This document shows positions 27,159 through 36,897 of a DNA stretch of 64,000 nucleotides, piece by piece. A model generated the notes under the pieces. It made no database searches, was not told the origin of the DNA, and saw only the letters and a list, made by a program, of their open reading frames with translations. The translations under genes were made by a program, and so were the position numbers. This stretch comes from Candidatus Nomurabacteria bacterium (GTDB taxonomy: Bacteria > Patescibacteriota > Patescibacteriia > HK-STAS-PATE-3). Location of the stretch: positions 544,001 to 608,000 of the forward strand of contig CP060223.1 of assembly GCA_023898465.1 (NCBI GenBank). Reading direction: 5' to 3'. Numbering within the stretch: the first letter of the stretch is position 1; every line of letters starts with the position of its first letter.

Positions 27159-27374
27159 TTATTCTTGATCTACTTTCTTCTTCATTTGTTTCACCGTATT
27201 CTCCATTTCCCCTAAGCGTTTCTTCAACTCTTTAGCCAGGGTGAGGCCCCGCTCAAATAGCTGCATTGCTTCGTCTAAATCTAAATCGCTTGATTCGAAA
27301 CGGTCGGTAATTTTTTGTAGCTCCTGAAATGATGATTGGAAGCTTATTTTTTTCTGTGATCGTTTTGTAGTCAT
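27159..27374 (-). CDS. xseB: Exodeoxyribonuclease VII small subunit.
   Basis: SFQELQKITDRFESSDLDLDEAMQLFERGLTLAKELKKRL is the XseB pattern. 4-bp overlap with xseA. Confidence 0.8.
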   Translation of the reverse strand: MTTKRSQKKISFQSSFQELQKITDRFESSDLDLDEAMQLFERGLTLAKELKKRLGEMENTVKQMKKKVDQE

Positions 27375-28639
27375 GTGTGTGAAGTGTTAACCGTTGAGTC
27401 AATATTTCCTTGATGAACTTGGGTGCGAATGCGCTGTCCCTTTTGAATACCTTTTGCATTGCGGATGACTGCGCCTGTTTTAGCATCGCGAGTAATGCTA
27501 TATCCCCGATCCAAAGTCGACTGCGGGGATAAGGATATGAGTAGCTGCTCGCTATGCTCTACACGCTGCCGCCAAGAAGTAAGCATATTCATAAAGCCCT
27601 GTTCTTGTTGCGAGGCTAAATGACTTAACTCTTGATCAGCTTGTGAAAGTGCTAAAGAGAAGCGGCGAAAGCTTGAGGTAAAGACTTGCAAAAGATTGCG
27701 CAATTCCTCGGTCTGCACTTGGGAACGATCAAGTATGCTTTGGATTGCTTCTTGGATTCGCGCTTCTTGTGCACGCAAGAGTGCCGTATATCGCACATCT
27801 ATAGTATCAAGCATTGCATCAAGTGCAAAGTTGATTTCTCGTCGATCTGGCACAGCCAACTCCGCCGCGTTTGAAGGTGTAGCCGCTCTTTTATCAGCTA
27901 CTAAATCGGCGATAGTCCAATCGCGCTCATGACCTACTCCACAGATTACCGGCACCTCGCTGGCGAAAACAGCTCGAGCAACCTGTTCATCATTAAAGGC
28001 GTGGAGGTCCTCGATTGAGCCTCCTCCTCGAGTCAAAATAATCACATCGGGTTTGAGACTTTGCATACCTCGCAGAGCAGCCACGATGTGATTTGCTGAG
28101 CCCGTCCCCTGTACTGGCACTGGGGCGAAGTGAATATCTGCGCCACCCCAACGATTACCTAGCACACGCAGGACATCATTATAGGCTGCGGCATCAGGAG
28201 AGGTAATCAGCCCGATGCTCTCAGGGAAACGTGGCAGCGCCCGCTTCCGTGCCTCGCTAAAAAGTCCTTCACCTTCCAGCTTGGCTTTTAACTTTTCCAG
28301 GGCTTGTTGTATTGCCCCAGCGCCCACCGGCCGGATTTCCATAACCTTGAAATGAAAACTACCACGACGTTGAAAAAGGGAGGGATAGCCAACCACCTGC
28401 ACTTCCATGCCATTCTCAATCGGCACATTCATTTCCCAGGTCATCGCGAAACAGAGCACCGCGCTCTTGGCATCCTTAATTTCAAAGTAGACTAAATTAC
28501 CCTTTGGCTCACGATAGGCCGTCACCTCACCCTGGACAGTGACCACGCCGACTGCTTGTTTCAAAAGCTCGCGAACGCCCTGGACCAGCTCGTGGACTGA
28601 GTAGATTCGTTGAGCGTTTTTTATGCGCATCTCAGGCAT
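27371..28639 (-). CDS. xseA: Exodeoxyribonuclease VII large subunit.
   Basis: N-terminal OB fold (VTVQGEVTAYREPKGNLVYFEIKD), catalytic core, C-terminal coiled coil. The start is taken at the MPEM Met (28639); the Met at 28630 (MRIK) is equally plausible. Upstream residues are an extension artefact. Confidence 0.8.
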   Translation of the reverse strand: MPEMRIKNAQRIYSVHELVQGVRELLKQAVGVVTVQGEVTAYREPKGNLVYFEIKDAKSAVLCFAMTWEMNVPIENGMEVQVVGYPSLFQRRGSFHFKVMEIRPVGAGAIQQALEKLKAKLEGEGLFSEARKRALPRFPESIGLITSPDAAAYNDVLRVLGNRWGGADIHFAPVPVQGTGSANHIVAALRGMQSLKPDVIILTRGGGSIEDLHAFNDEQVARAVFASEVPVICGVGHERDWTIADLVADKRAATPSNAAELAVPDRREINFALDAMLDTIDVRYTALLRAQEARIQEAIQSILDRSQVQTEELRNLLQVFTSSFRRFSLALSQADQELSHLASQQEQGFMNMLTSWRQRVEHSEQLLISLSPQSTLDRGYSITRDAKTGAVIRNAKGIQKGQRIRTQVHQGNIDSTVNTSHT

Positions 28640-28735
28640 AGGGGTAGTATAGCATTTTGGATAAGAAAAACCGCGCCATCCTCCTTCGCATAAAGCGATG
28701 GTCGATAACGCGGTCTGCACGAGCTCAAAGGCGAG

Positions 28736-29452
28736 CTAGCCACATGGCGGACGCTCGACCAGTAGACTGGCCAAAGCGACCTGTTCGCCCCAACTCAACC
28801 AAGTCGGCATAATAACCGCTTGGCGTTCCCAATGGGTACCGGCGCAGTCTTCCTGAACAGGAAGAGACTGAAGATAGTTCAGGATAGCCCTAGCCTTGTC
28901 CTCAGCCGACTGTCTCGTGTTCAGAATCTCACCGATGCGATCCATCGAAAGACCAAGGAAGCCTGGCCCAGACAGATTGATGAAAAACACCGTGGGCCGA
29001 TTCTCAGGTTCCCGACCGAAGTAGACGTTGTCTTGCATCCCCGGATCTTGAATATCCAAGAGAGCGAAGTTGACATCGCCACGAACATCGAAGACGCCGT
29101 CTGTGATCACTTCGTCACCTTGACATCGACGACCTTGGTCAACGTAATCCACTCTACCCAGGTAGCCTACCACCCTCACGTTGATGAGGCTGGAGAACTG
29201 GATCTCGTCCGAAACCATGCCGATGAGGTGGTCCGGTTGGTTACGATACAGCGCCTGATCAGCCATGTCTTTGATCAAGGCCTGACGCTTATCGCGATTC
29301 CAGTCCGTATGTACGAACACGGGTCCGGTTGCATCGACGAGCGTCGGTCGTTCTTGCGAAGACTCGGGTGGCGTTGGCTCTTTCCCACCACAAGCAAAGT
29401 TGCTGAAGGACAGGGCCAACAGTGTAACCAAAGAAAAAATCCACGAACGCAT
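28736..29452 (-). CDS. Hypothetical lipoprotein (GC-rich patch).
   Basis: MRSWIFSLVTLLALSFSNFACGG is a signal plus lipobox-like Cys. No family recognised. Confidence 0.5.
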   Translation of the reverse strand: MRSWIFSLVTLLALSFSNFACGGKEPTPPESSQERPTLVDATGPVFVHTDWNRDKRQALIKDMADQALYRNQPDHLIGMVSDEIQFSSLINVRVVGYLGRVDYVDQGRRCQGDEVITDGVFDVRGDVNFALLDIQDPGMQDNVYFGREPENRPTVFFINLSGPGFLGLSMDRIGEILNTRQSAEDKARAILNYLQSLPVQEDCAGTHWERQAVIMPTWLSWGEQVALASLLVERPPCG

Positions 29453-29557
29453 CAGATACCCCCAGTTATTGGAACTCTTGTAAGTGATTCCACTCTCGCA
29501 GAATCGTGAAATGAGCCTGTTTCTGCCGCGAAAACATCCGGCATGAAACACCGTAAC

Positions 29558-29869
29558 CTAGCATCTGCAGGTGATTTTGTCAACCATTAGCCCCAGGCGA
29601 AAATGGTCATCTTCGCCTGGGGTATACATATTTTGCAAAAGTAAAGACGCGATGCCCTCTCCATCGCGTCTGTATAGCTCTTCATCCGGATCTTCCGGGA
29701 AATCACAGCTAGGATTAATATGCGTCTTCCAAACGATCAATCGATGCTCCTGATTCGGTAAGACCTGGACCACTCCCTCATACATCTCACCGGGATAAAT
29801 CGGTTGACAGCAACGATCGCACCAATGCGCAACTTGAGCAACGCTATGATAAGAGCGTAGGCAAATCAT
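29558..29869 (-). CDS. Hypothetical small Cys/His-containing protein.
   Basis: HWCDRCC...C...C..C. Possible Zn binding, speculative. Confidence 0.4.
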   Translation of the reverse strand: MICLRSYHSVAQVAHWCDRCCQPIYPGEMYEGVVQVLPNQEHRLIVWKTHINPSCDFPEDPDEELYRRDGEGIASLLLQNMYTPGEDDHFRLGLMVDKITCRC

Positions 29870-29908
29870 TACTCCCTCCTTCTTGCCTATCTCACTATAA
29901 TGCGAAAA

Positions 29909-30823
29909 CTAACTGTCTCGCAAGCGCAGTCTACCCTTTACCCTTTCCACAATCCTTTCTTTGCCCAAAGCATCCAGCGCGGTGGTGAAGCGCGTACGTT
30001 CAGCTTTTGGGTATGATTTTTGTATGTGTCGAAAAAGCTGCGCCGCACTCATCGCTTCAACAGTTAGTAGGGCGACGATACGACCGCGATAAAAACGACT
30101 TGAGTCGTGGAAGGGACTGGCCGGGCGCTTTGTGCGCGGTAAAGCTTTTCCCTGCTGACGTAACTTCTGAATCTGGGGAAAGGCCTGACAGGTATTGCGT
30201 AGCGGGCAGGTTTCGCATAAGGGATCACGCGCGATACAAACAGTAGCACCAAAATCCATCATAGCATGTCCCCATTTCCAAGCTTGGGTGGACGGGAGCA
30301 CCGAGGCAGCTAAGACTGCCATTTCCTTTGTGCTCAATTTTGGCTGCGTGTCTAAGCCGACAAAAAAACGAGTCAACACACGCTCAACATTCGTATCAAC
30401 CATTGCTACGGATATCTCAAAGGCAAAGGCAGCAACCGCTCGAGCAGTATAGGGCCCGATACCCGGTAGCGCTTCAAGCAACTCCACATCGGCCGGAAAC
30501 TTACCTTTGTATTCACGGACTAGCTCCTGCGCGCTTCGTTGTAAGTTTATAGCGCGACGATTATAACCCAAGCCTGACCATTGCCGTAGAACACTTGAAC
30601 GAGGAGCTGCAGCCAAGGCGCGTACCGTAGGAAATTCTTGTAAGAAAGCAAAGTAGCGCGGAATCACCCGACTGACCTGCGTTTGCTGCAACATAATTTC
30701 AGAGACGAGTATGCGATAAGGGTCACGAGTTTTCCGCCATGGTAAATCGCGCTGATGGGCCGCGAACCATGCTAAAATTCGTTGTTGAAATTTCTTTCGC
30801 CGGGTTGTGCTGGGTAGCTTCAT
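29909..30823 (-). CDS. mutY: A/G-specific adenine glycosylase (MutY-like HhH-GPD glycosylase with 4Fe-4S loop).
   Basis: EIMLQQTQVSRV, HhH-GPD region, C-x6-C-x2-C-x5-C (CIARDPLCETCPLRNTC). No obvious C-terminal NUDIX-like domain. Confidence 0.75.
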   Translation of the reverse strand: MKLPSTTRRKKFQQRILAWFAAHQRDLPWRKTRDPYRILVSEIMLQQTQVSRVIPRYFAFLQEFPTVRALAAAPRSSVLRQWSGLGYNRRAINLQRSAQELVREYKGKFPADVELLEALPGIGPYTARAVAAFAFEISVAMVDTNVERVLTRFFVGLDTQPKLSTKEMAVLAASVLPSTQAWKWGHAMMDFGATVCIARDPLCETCPLRNTCQAFPQIQKLRQQGKALPRTKRPASPFHDSSRFYRGRIVALLTVEAMSAAQLFRHIQKSYPKAERTRFTTALDALGKERIVERVKGRLRLRDS

Positions 30824-30951
30824 CGCGCCCAGTATAGCATGAATAAAGACCCAGAATTATACATCTATAGATCCTAAAAGTTGACAGAAAGCATAAAGTG
30901 TTTTTAGCTCTGCATACAGTTCTTTATCCAACCGTCCAGAAGGAGTTGCCT

Positions 30952-31320
30952 ATGTGTACGACTCTGGAACAGCCTTCCGCGATTTCAGTCACAGTCAATT
31001 GCACCTTCCAGCTTGAGCCGCCTGAGTCGCTTCCAAGGGAATGTGTGCAACAAGGCCTGGTACTCAGATACACCATCAGCATCGACTCGGCACCGGGAAA
31101 TCTCAAAGATGGATCTCAAGTTCATCTCAAAGACCTGCCGCCCGAGCATCGCCAGTTCTGGGATGAGGTCGAGCGCGAGATCGAGGCCTTCCTGGGGCGA
31201 ATCAAACCCGCTCTACCAGGCTGGATAGTGAACCACATCTCCTGCTTCGTGCACGACCAGGATGCGTCTCCTAGCGTGATCACCAATCGGAATCTTCCAG
31301 CGCGAATAATCCCTGGTTGA
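30952..31320 (+). CDS. Hypothetical protein (GC-rich patch, AGGAG RBS).
   Basis: AGGAG sits 7 nt before ATG 30952. No family recognised. Confidence 0.4.
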   Translation: MCTTLEQPSAISVTVNCTFQLEPPESLPRECVQQGLVLRYTISIDSAPGNLKDGSQVHLKDLPPEHRQFWDEVEREIEAFLGRIKPALPGWIVNHISCFVHDQDASPSVITNRNLPARIIPG

Positions 31321-31373
31321 TACTCAAAGACCCTCGACATGTTCGGGGGTCTTCCTTTTATGCTATGAAGTTT

Positions 31374-32357
31374 TTAGTCCCAATGAATATTGAGACTGGA
31401 AACGCCAAGGTCGAGAGTTAAGCTGAGATGTTTTTCTGCAGTGTCGTAATTGTCTGAGCGATAGGTTTTCTCACCTGTCTTACTGAAGCCATCCAGATTC
31501 TTCGAAGATAATCCAGCATCAACGTTTACATCTACTCCTAGGGTACTTGGCACGCTAATATCAACTGAGCTAGCTCCAGCATCAATAGCTACTTCACTCT
31601 CATCAAGTAAATCCCCTAGCGTGAGATTAAGACTTGAAGCTCCCGTAGCAATAGTCAACTTGCGCAGCATCACTTCAGTGAAATCTAAATCCATACTCAT
31701 GGCACCGCTCTTGATCAAAAGATCAATTGGCAACTCTCGCGTTAAGGAAAGATCAAGCTGATTAATGTGTGATCCAAGGCCGCTCCAATTTCCTTGAGTC
31801 TTCCATTCTACCGTCTGCACACTATCCGCATTCACATCGCTTACTTGTGACAGGCTCGTAAAGTCCGATTTAAAAGTTCCTTGGGCTAATTCAGCATCGC
31901 CAGCTTGCATATCTAATGAACCTGCTCCCATATCAATAGTCAGGTCTGCTGCAACCACGTCCGTTGCGCGCGCTAAGTCAATGTCTTTTAGTTCAACTTC
32001 TCGCTCATTAATCCAAAGCGAGGAAGTGCCGACTCCGGCTGCAACGAGAATTATCACAATCACCATAACCCAGGTCCCCCAGGATGACTTGGTGATGAGT
32101 GATATTCCTAAGAAGACGATAGCCAGAGGCCACAGCTCCCAGAGATTGAAATGCACATCAACCCAACCGGTCGTCTCTGCTAGATAGAGAAACCCAACAA
32201 TAACTAAGGTGATGCCAAAAAGTATGCGCCCAGGATTATGACGATGCAAACGCGACTCGCGCTGCTCCGGTTTTACCTCTGGCTTTGGCGGTGGAGGCGG
32301 TGGAGCCTCTTTTCCTAAGGTAGGTGTTTCGTGATTTTGAAGCGGTGTCTCTGTCAT
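31374..32357 (-). CDS. LiaF-like / DUF4097 (toastrack) membrane protein with a Pro-rich N-terminus.
   Basis: N-terminal double-TM domain (ILFGITLVIVGFLYL...) and a C-terminal repetitive beta-rich domain. Adjacent to pspC. Confidence 0.55.
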   Translation of the reverse strand: MTETPLQNHETPTLGKEAPPPPPPKPEVKPEQRESRLHRHNPGRILFGITLVIVGFLYLAETTGWVDVHFNLWELWPLAIVFLGISLITKSSWGTWVMVIVIILVAAGVGTSSLWINEREVELKDIDLARATDVVAADLTIDMGAGSLDMQAGDAELAQGTFKSDFTSLSQVSDVNADSVQTVEWKTQGNWSGLGSHINQLDLSLTRELPIDLLIKSGAMSMDLDFTEVMLRKLTIATGASSLNLTLGDLLDESEVAIDAGASSVDISVPSTLGVDVNVDAGLSSKNLDGFSKTGEKTYRSDNYDTAEKHLSLTLDLGVSSLNIHWD

Positions 32358-32360
32358 AGC

Positions 32361-32804
32361 TTAGCTCCGTTTCATAAGAATAAAAATGCCGAGAAAAATA
32401 AACGTCAAAGGCCAAATACTATGCCACTGCAACCAGGTAAAGGAAAAGAGTTGCCGACTCAACAATACTACACCAAACACCACTACAATGACCCCGAGAA
32501 AATTTTGCAACTGATTTGCCTGTCCAGCGTTTTGTACCGCATCAACCTTTTCTTGAATTTCGTTTCCCACCTGTTGCGCGCGCTCACTTAGTGTTGTAGC
32601 AGCGTGCGTTGCGCCTTCTAGTGGTATAAGCAGCCAAAGCACAACATAAATAAGCACGCCCGCCCCATCAAAGATGGTAAGCAAGAGAAAGACGATACGA
32701 AAAATAACTGGGTCAATGCCAAAGTAGTGTCCTAATCCACCGCAGACGCCTGCCAGCATCCGATGAGTCCGTGATCGTACTAATAGTCGCGTTGAATTAG
32801 ACAT
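32361..32804 (-). CDS. PspC-domain protein (phage-shock protein C family).
   Basis: LVRSRTHRMLAGVCGGLGHYFGIDPVIFRIVFLLLTIFDGAGVLIYVVLWLLIP is a canonical PspC domain. Confidence 0.75.
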   Translation of the reverse strand: MSNSTRLLVRSRTHRMLAGVCGGLGHYFGIDPVIFRIVFLLLTIFDGAGVLIYVVLWLLIPLEGATHAATTLSERAQQVGNEIQEKVDAVQNAGQANQLQNFLGVIVVVFGVVLLSRQLFSFTWLQWHSIWPLTFIFLGIFILMKRS

Positions 32805-32877
32805 GAATTTCCTTTGTCTTTATCCTAGCACAGCTCTATGGACTGGCAATAGGGCTAAAATTGGCGCAAAAAATGAC

Positions 32878-33071
32878 TTGACAAAGATTTTAGCAAGTCT
32901 TAATGTCTCTATGTTGTCACAAGTACAACAGGCTCCCTGCGGTGCTCCGCGGGTACAATACACAAGAGATCAATCAGATTTGCGAAGTCGCCCTGCGGGG
33001 TGAATTCACCTGCAAAAGCAGGCTCTCTCGTGTGTTGGCCCAACGTGTATTGCGTGGGGGCCTTTTTCTTT
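32878..33071 (+). ncRNA. Candidate small RNA: TTGACA-N17-TAATGT promoter, about 150-nt GC-rich body, intrinsic terminator GGCCCAACG...CGTGGGGGCC plus TTTTTCTTT.
   Basis: Promoter at 32878-32906 and terminator at 33037-33071, read directly. The only ORF here (32903..33247) is implausible. It lies between the pspC and mscL genes on the opposite strand. Confidence 0.3.
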
Positions 33072-33471
33072 ACTCAAGTTGTGAAGTACAACTTGGACAA
33101 CGAGTTGCCTGTAGAGGAATTTCTGAAATGCAAAAGCGGCAAGACTTCGTGCTTACTTCTACTTCTTTTGGCTTTTGTAATTTGCTTAACAAGCGAATCA
33201 TAAAGAAAATGACTGCCGCAATAATCAAGAAGTCAATAGCCGCTTGAATAAACATCCCGTAAGTCAAATATACTGGCTCAGCTTCTGTACCGCCAATTTT
33301 TACTTGTAGACCAGAAAAATCTATCCCTCCGCTAATCAAACCAATCACCGGCATAATAATATCAGCGACTAAAGAGCTGACAATCTTACCAAAAGCAGCA
33401 CCAATGATGACCGCAACTGCCAGGTCCATCACGTTGCCGCGCATAATGAAGGCCTTAAAATCCTTTAACAT
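33070..33471 (-). CDS. mscL: Large-conductance mechanosensitive channel MscL with a C-terminal CxxC...CxxC zinc-ribbon-like extension.
   Basis: MLKDFKAFIMRGNVMDLAVAVIIGAAFGKIVSSLVADIIMPVIG is canonical MscL. C-terminal CRFCISEIPLQATRCPSC. Confidence 0.85.
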   Translation of the reverse strand: MLKDFKAFIMRGNVMDLAVAVIIGAAFGKIVSSLVADIIMPVIGLISGGIDFSGLQVKIGGTEAEPVYLTYGMFIQAAIDFLIIAAVIFFMIRLLSKLQKPKEVEVSTKSCRFCISEIPLQATRCPSCTSQLE

Positions 33472-33492
33472 ACTTTTTCACGATTAATAACA

Positions 33493-35181
33493 CTAACCGG
33501 CACTCGACCCGCCACCGCCGCCTCCGCCACCTGCAAATCCCCCGCCGCCAAATCCTGAGCTCGAAGATGGCGAACTGGCAAGGCTAGTTGCGACGCTGCT
33601 GTTCATAACTGAGACAAGGTGGTCAGTAAAACTCACTGCATTAAATGCTGCGAGTGGGTGTGTTGAATGAAACCACTTCGGCGGCTCAGTATAAATATCA
33701 CGGAAGCGATTCGCCCATTGCTTCTCCACATTAAATACCATGGCATAGGGTAAGAAACGCTCAAAGGTTTGCGGAGTCATGGCAGCAACTCTGAATCGCT
33801 CAGCAGTATGTAAGTAAAGCTTAAATCCTTCAGACCATTCCAACGCATGAATACCCTTCTTGGTTTTTTTAGGCATGACTCGACCAAAAATTACCAGCAG
33901 CAGCGCATACACCCAAGGTACGAAAAGGGTGAAAAAACCGATAGGAATCAAGGCTATAGCTACATAATAATATCGACGACGTATACTGTCTGGACGCACC
34001 GGGAAATAACCATACTCATCTGTGGTAACGCTATAAATACTGCTGGTGATTTCCTTCATATCCTTATAAAAGGAATTCTTCAAATCAGAAAGTGCAACTC
34101 GCTCTCCTGTGCTAAAGAGCTTCTCCATTAATAAAAGCTCATAGGGTTTCAAACTCGTATCATGCGCTACACTCTTGAGGCGAACAAAAGTATACTCCTT
34201 TTTCTTAAACAGTCCCCCTTCTTCATCCTCTTCAATGCGTAAATAACCCCGCACTGCTAAATCAATAATTGTGGCAATAAAATCACGTCGATCCGCCTGC
34301 TCATCGATTAAAGTACCGACGACTGCCGGCGGCGCACCATCGGGTGCTTCATATTGCGGGATAATTGTTACCCTACCCTCGGGGTCACGTCCATGCGCTC
34401 GCCAGCGTGAAATAAGCCAAAGAAGTAATACAAGTGGTGAGGCAATATATATCCAACGGAACCAGTCCCAAAAACTTGACCAAAGGCTGGTTTCCTCCTT
34501 GATAGTTTCAAAAGTTACTTCTCCTTTTGGCCAGCCTGCTACAATCGTCATTTCATCTGATGGTCCAACATCAGAGGTAGTAAAGGTTAACGTATCGCCT
34601 TCTTGCGTATAGGTTGTCCGATCTGCCGTACTGCCTCTGGGTCCGACTAATAATCGCTGCTGCGTATCTTCACTGCCATAGGATTTCGGTAGCACGACTT
34701 TAGCGCTGGCATAATGAATGGGTACTCCACGTTGTGCAGAAACTACATTCCAGTAGAGCTCGTCATGGTCAGCAAAATCACCGATTGCATTATGGGCTCG
34801 GTAATGAAAAGTAATGGATTTTTGTGTAATACCGGCATCTGGTGTTTTAGAGAAATACGCTCGAATGCGTACTTCCTTCGAAGTATTTTGTATATCAACA
34901 TCTGAGGAGGCAAATGCTTTACCGTCCTGGTCGTAAACCTCAATCTCGTCATACCAAATGCCTTTTGTTTTTGGTAGCGTCCTGCCTACCCACGTAAAAG
35001 CACCATGAAAATCAATATCCTGCTGCTCATCTACAATAATACTGGAATCCGTTTCAATAGTAATAGTCGAATCCCATGAACGGAACTCCCAAGTCTTGAT
35101 TTGCGCCTGAACCTGTGAGGTCCATAATAGTCCAATAAGGAGAATAGGAATGAAGCGAAATCGATGGAAAATATTTTGCAT
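33493..35181 (-). CDS. DUF2207-family membrane protein with a Gly-rich C-terminus.
   Basis: Signal peptide, large N-terminal beta domain, TM helices, C-terminal SSGFGGGGFAGGGGGGGGSSAG typical of DUF2207. Confidence 0.65.
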   Translation of the reverse strand: MQNIFHRFRFIPILLIGLLWTSQVQAQIKTWEFRSWDSTITIETDSSIIVDEQQDIDFHGAFTWVGRTLPKTKGIWYDEIEVYDQDGKAFASSDVDIQNTSKEVRIRAYFSKTPDAGITQKSITFHYRAHNAIGDFADHDELYWNVVSAQRGVPIHYASAKVVLPKSYGSEDTQQRLLVGPRGSTADRTTYTQEGDTLTFTTSDVGPSDEMTIVAGWPKGEVTFETIKEETSLWSSFWDWFRWIYIASPLVLLLWLISRWRAHGRDPEGRVTIIPQYEAPDGAPPAVVGTLIDEQADRRDFIATIIDLAVRGYLRIEEDEEGGLFKKKEYTFVRLKSVAHDTSLKPYELLLMEKLFSTGERVALSDLKNSFYKDMKEITSSIYSVTTDEYGYFPVRPDSIRRRYYYVAIALIPIGFFTLFVPWVYALLLVIFGRVMPKKTKKGIHALEWSEGFKLYLHTAERFRVAAMTPQTFERFLPYAMVFNVEKQWANRFRDIYTEPPKWFHSTHPLAAFNAVSFTDHLVSVMNSSVATSLASSPSSSSGFGGGGFAGGGGGGGGSSAG

Positions 35182-35190
35182 GGATGGTCT

Positions 35191-35805
35191 TTATATTTCT
35201 TGTCTACGCTTGCGCTGGAGCCAGGATTGAAACTCTTTATCCTGTTTCATTATCTCTTCAATCTCTCCGCGTAAGTAGTCAGCTTTTTTAAGTTTCGTAT
35301 TTTGAGTTTTCCAATCAAGATAGTGATCAATGGTCGGAGTAATGCGCAAAGTAAATTTAATGCGCGGAATCTCTTTCACTTCCCGCTTCCCAACTGTTTT
35401 GAGGAAGTCACCCAATAACCATTGTAATGAGTCATCCGTATAATAACGTATCTGACAAGTTTTTGGAACCTGCTTTTGATTGAGATATTTCAAGATTTGC
35501 CGGCCAGGACTACCGCGCTCTGATAAAAAGATGGTTGGCTTCTTCTGGGCGACTGCATAGGCAAGTAAATATCCAACTTCCGAGTCAGGAGTTGAGCCCT
35601 CAATCACAATTGCATCCATTGCATCAAGCAAGGTGCCACCTTTTGCTTCTATTTCTTGGGCTGAGGCTGGATCTAGGCTTGTTTCTGGGTGAATAGTGTT
35701 TGAGGAAAGTGCAATATCTGCCTCACGCAAAATGCGTCGTATCATGGCGTAGGCCTGTCGCAATCGTTGAGTGGTCGTATCTGGTCCGTAAAAATACACG
35801 TGCAT
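35191..35805 (-). CDS. Nucleoside 2-deoxyribosyltransferase-like (NDT/Rossmann-like) protein.
   Basis: VYFYGP...LDAMDAIVIEGSTPDSEVGYLLAYAVAQKKPTIFL resembles the NDT family core (G/Y-rich loop, D..E, KP). Confidence 0.45.
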   Translation of the reverse strand: MHVYFYGPDTTTQRLRQAYAMIRRILREADIALSSNTIHPETSLDPASAQEIEAKGGTLLDAMDAIVIEGSTPDSEVGYLLAYAVAQKKPTIFLSERGSPGRQILKYLNQKQVPKTCQIRYYTDDSLQWLLGDFLKTVGKREVKEIPRIKFTLRITPTIDHYLDWKTQNTKLKKADYLRGEIEEIMKQDKEFQSWLQRKRRQEI

Positions 35806-35806
35806 A

Positions 35807-36805
35807 CTAGTGGTGCAGAATTTCCTTTATCTTTTCTTTAAGTAAGCGCTGCACTTGAGTGGTATTTTTTGCTTGAGCAAAAATCCATGAGCTCAACACA
35901 AAAGCACTGTGATATGGCAGGGTGTGGAGAAGTGGTAAAGAGCTCAATCGATCTTGTTGAGCTTCTTGCTGATAAACTATCACAGGAACTTTACTTTTTT
36001 GCAGTTTTTCTAACGCCGAAACATGAGCTGAACTAAGCTGACTAGCTGGATCAAGCTTCACGAGAACTCCCGGTGCTTTCATTACCTCGCCGCTCAATCG
36101 ATCGGTGATTTGCATACCTGGATGCACATCAATCACCACCATGTCTGAGGCAAAGTCAGTGGCAAATTTCACTGCCCGATTACTCTGTTTCCTGATCGGT
36201 GGGAATAGTTTCAAGCCGAAATCAACTTTACCGAGCAAAATTCCGGACAAGGAACGGAAATACTGTGCATCGGGCGGTGCCACTGTAGTCAATTCAATCG
36301 CGCGATGAATTTGATTACCAAAGACCGCACACACATCACCGAAGGAGTATTCAGCTACATGCAGGGCATTCAAGAGATTATCCTTTTGTCCTAAGCCTCG
36401 TGCATGGGCGAACAGCGCCCGTATGTTTGCCGGCACTTTTGGACGCAGCAAATCATGCGGTGAGGCAGTTAATACGACTGGCTTACCTGTGTTTCCCAGT
36501 GCTGCGCCCAGGGCGGGTGCGGTATAGTGCAGCGTTTCTACTTCATGGCTAATCACAAAGCCGTCGAACTTGGTATAGTTGTCGCTAATCACCCGACCGA
36601 TTGACTGCCACAAGGCTGGCGAAACCCCGGACCCTTCGGCGTTTGCCACGTAGGTTGCATCGATTTCTGCCATGATGCTCAACTCTTGCATTTCTCGCAT
36701 CCAAGCAGCCACCTCGCGCTCACTCTGCACCAGGCGCTTTTTGCCTGGACCATACGACAGCGCTGATCCGCTGACGAGAAGTATAAGAATGCGTGCACGT
36801 TGCAT
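35807..36805 (-). CDS. L-asparaginase-fold homolog with degenerate catalytic motifs (pseudo-asparaginase).
   Basis: Aligns to type I asparaginase (YTKFDGFVISHEVETLHYTAPALGAALGNTGKPVVLTASPHDLL...NLLNALHVAEY), but TGGTIAG is VSGSALS and HGTDTM is SHEVETL. Confidence 0.5.
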   Translation of the reverse strand: MQRARILILLVSGSALSYGPGKKRLVQSEREVAAWMREMQELSIMAEIDATYVANAEGSGVSPALWQSIGRVISDNYTKFDGFVISHEVETLHYTAPALGAALGNTGKPVVLTASPHDLLRPKVPANIRALFAHARGLGQKDNLLNALHVAEYSFGDVCAVFGNQIHRAIELTTVAPPDAQYFRSLSGILLGKVDFGLKLFPPIRKQSNRAVKFATDFASDMVVIDVHPGMQITDRLSGEVMKAPGVLVKLDPASQLSSAHVSALEKLQKSKVPVIVYQQEAQQDRLSSLPLLHTLPYHSAFVLSSWIFAQAKNTTQVQRLLKEKIKEILHH

Positions 36806-36897
36806 GAGGTGTGTATTTACGCCGTCGTAACTATTTTAGAGACGGCGCTTTATTATACCCAAAAACTCCCCCTTTGGTCAAAACACTATACTTTACG

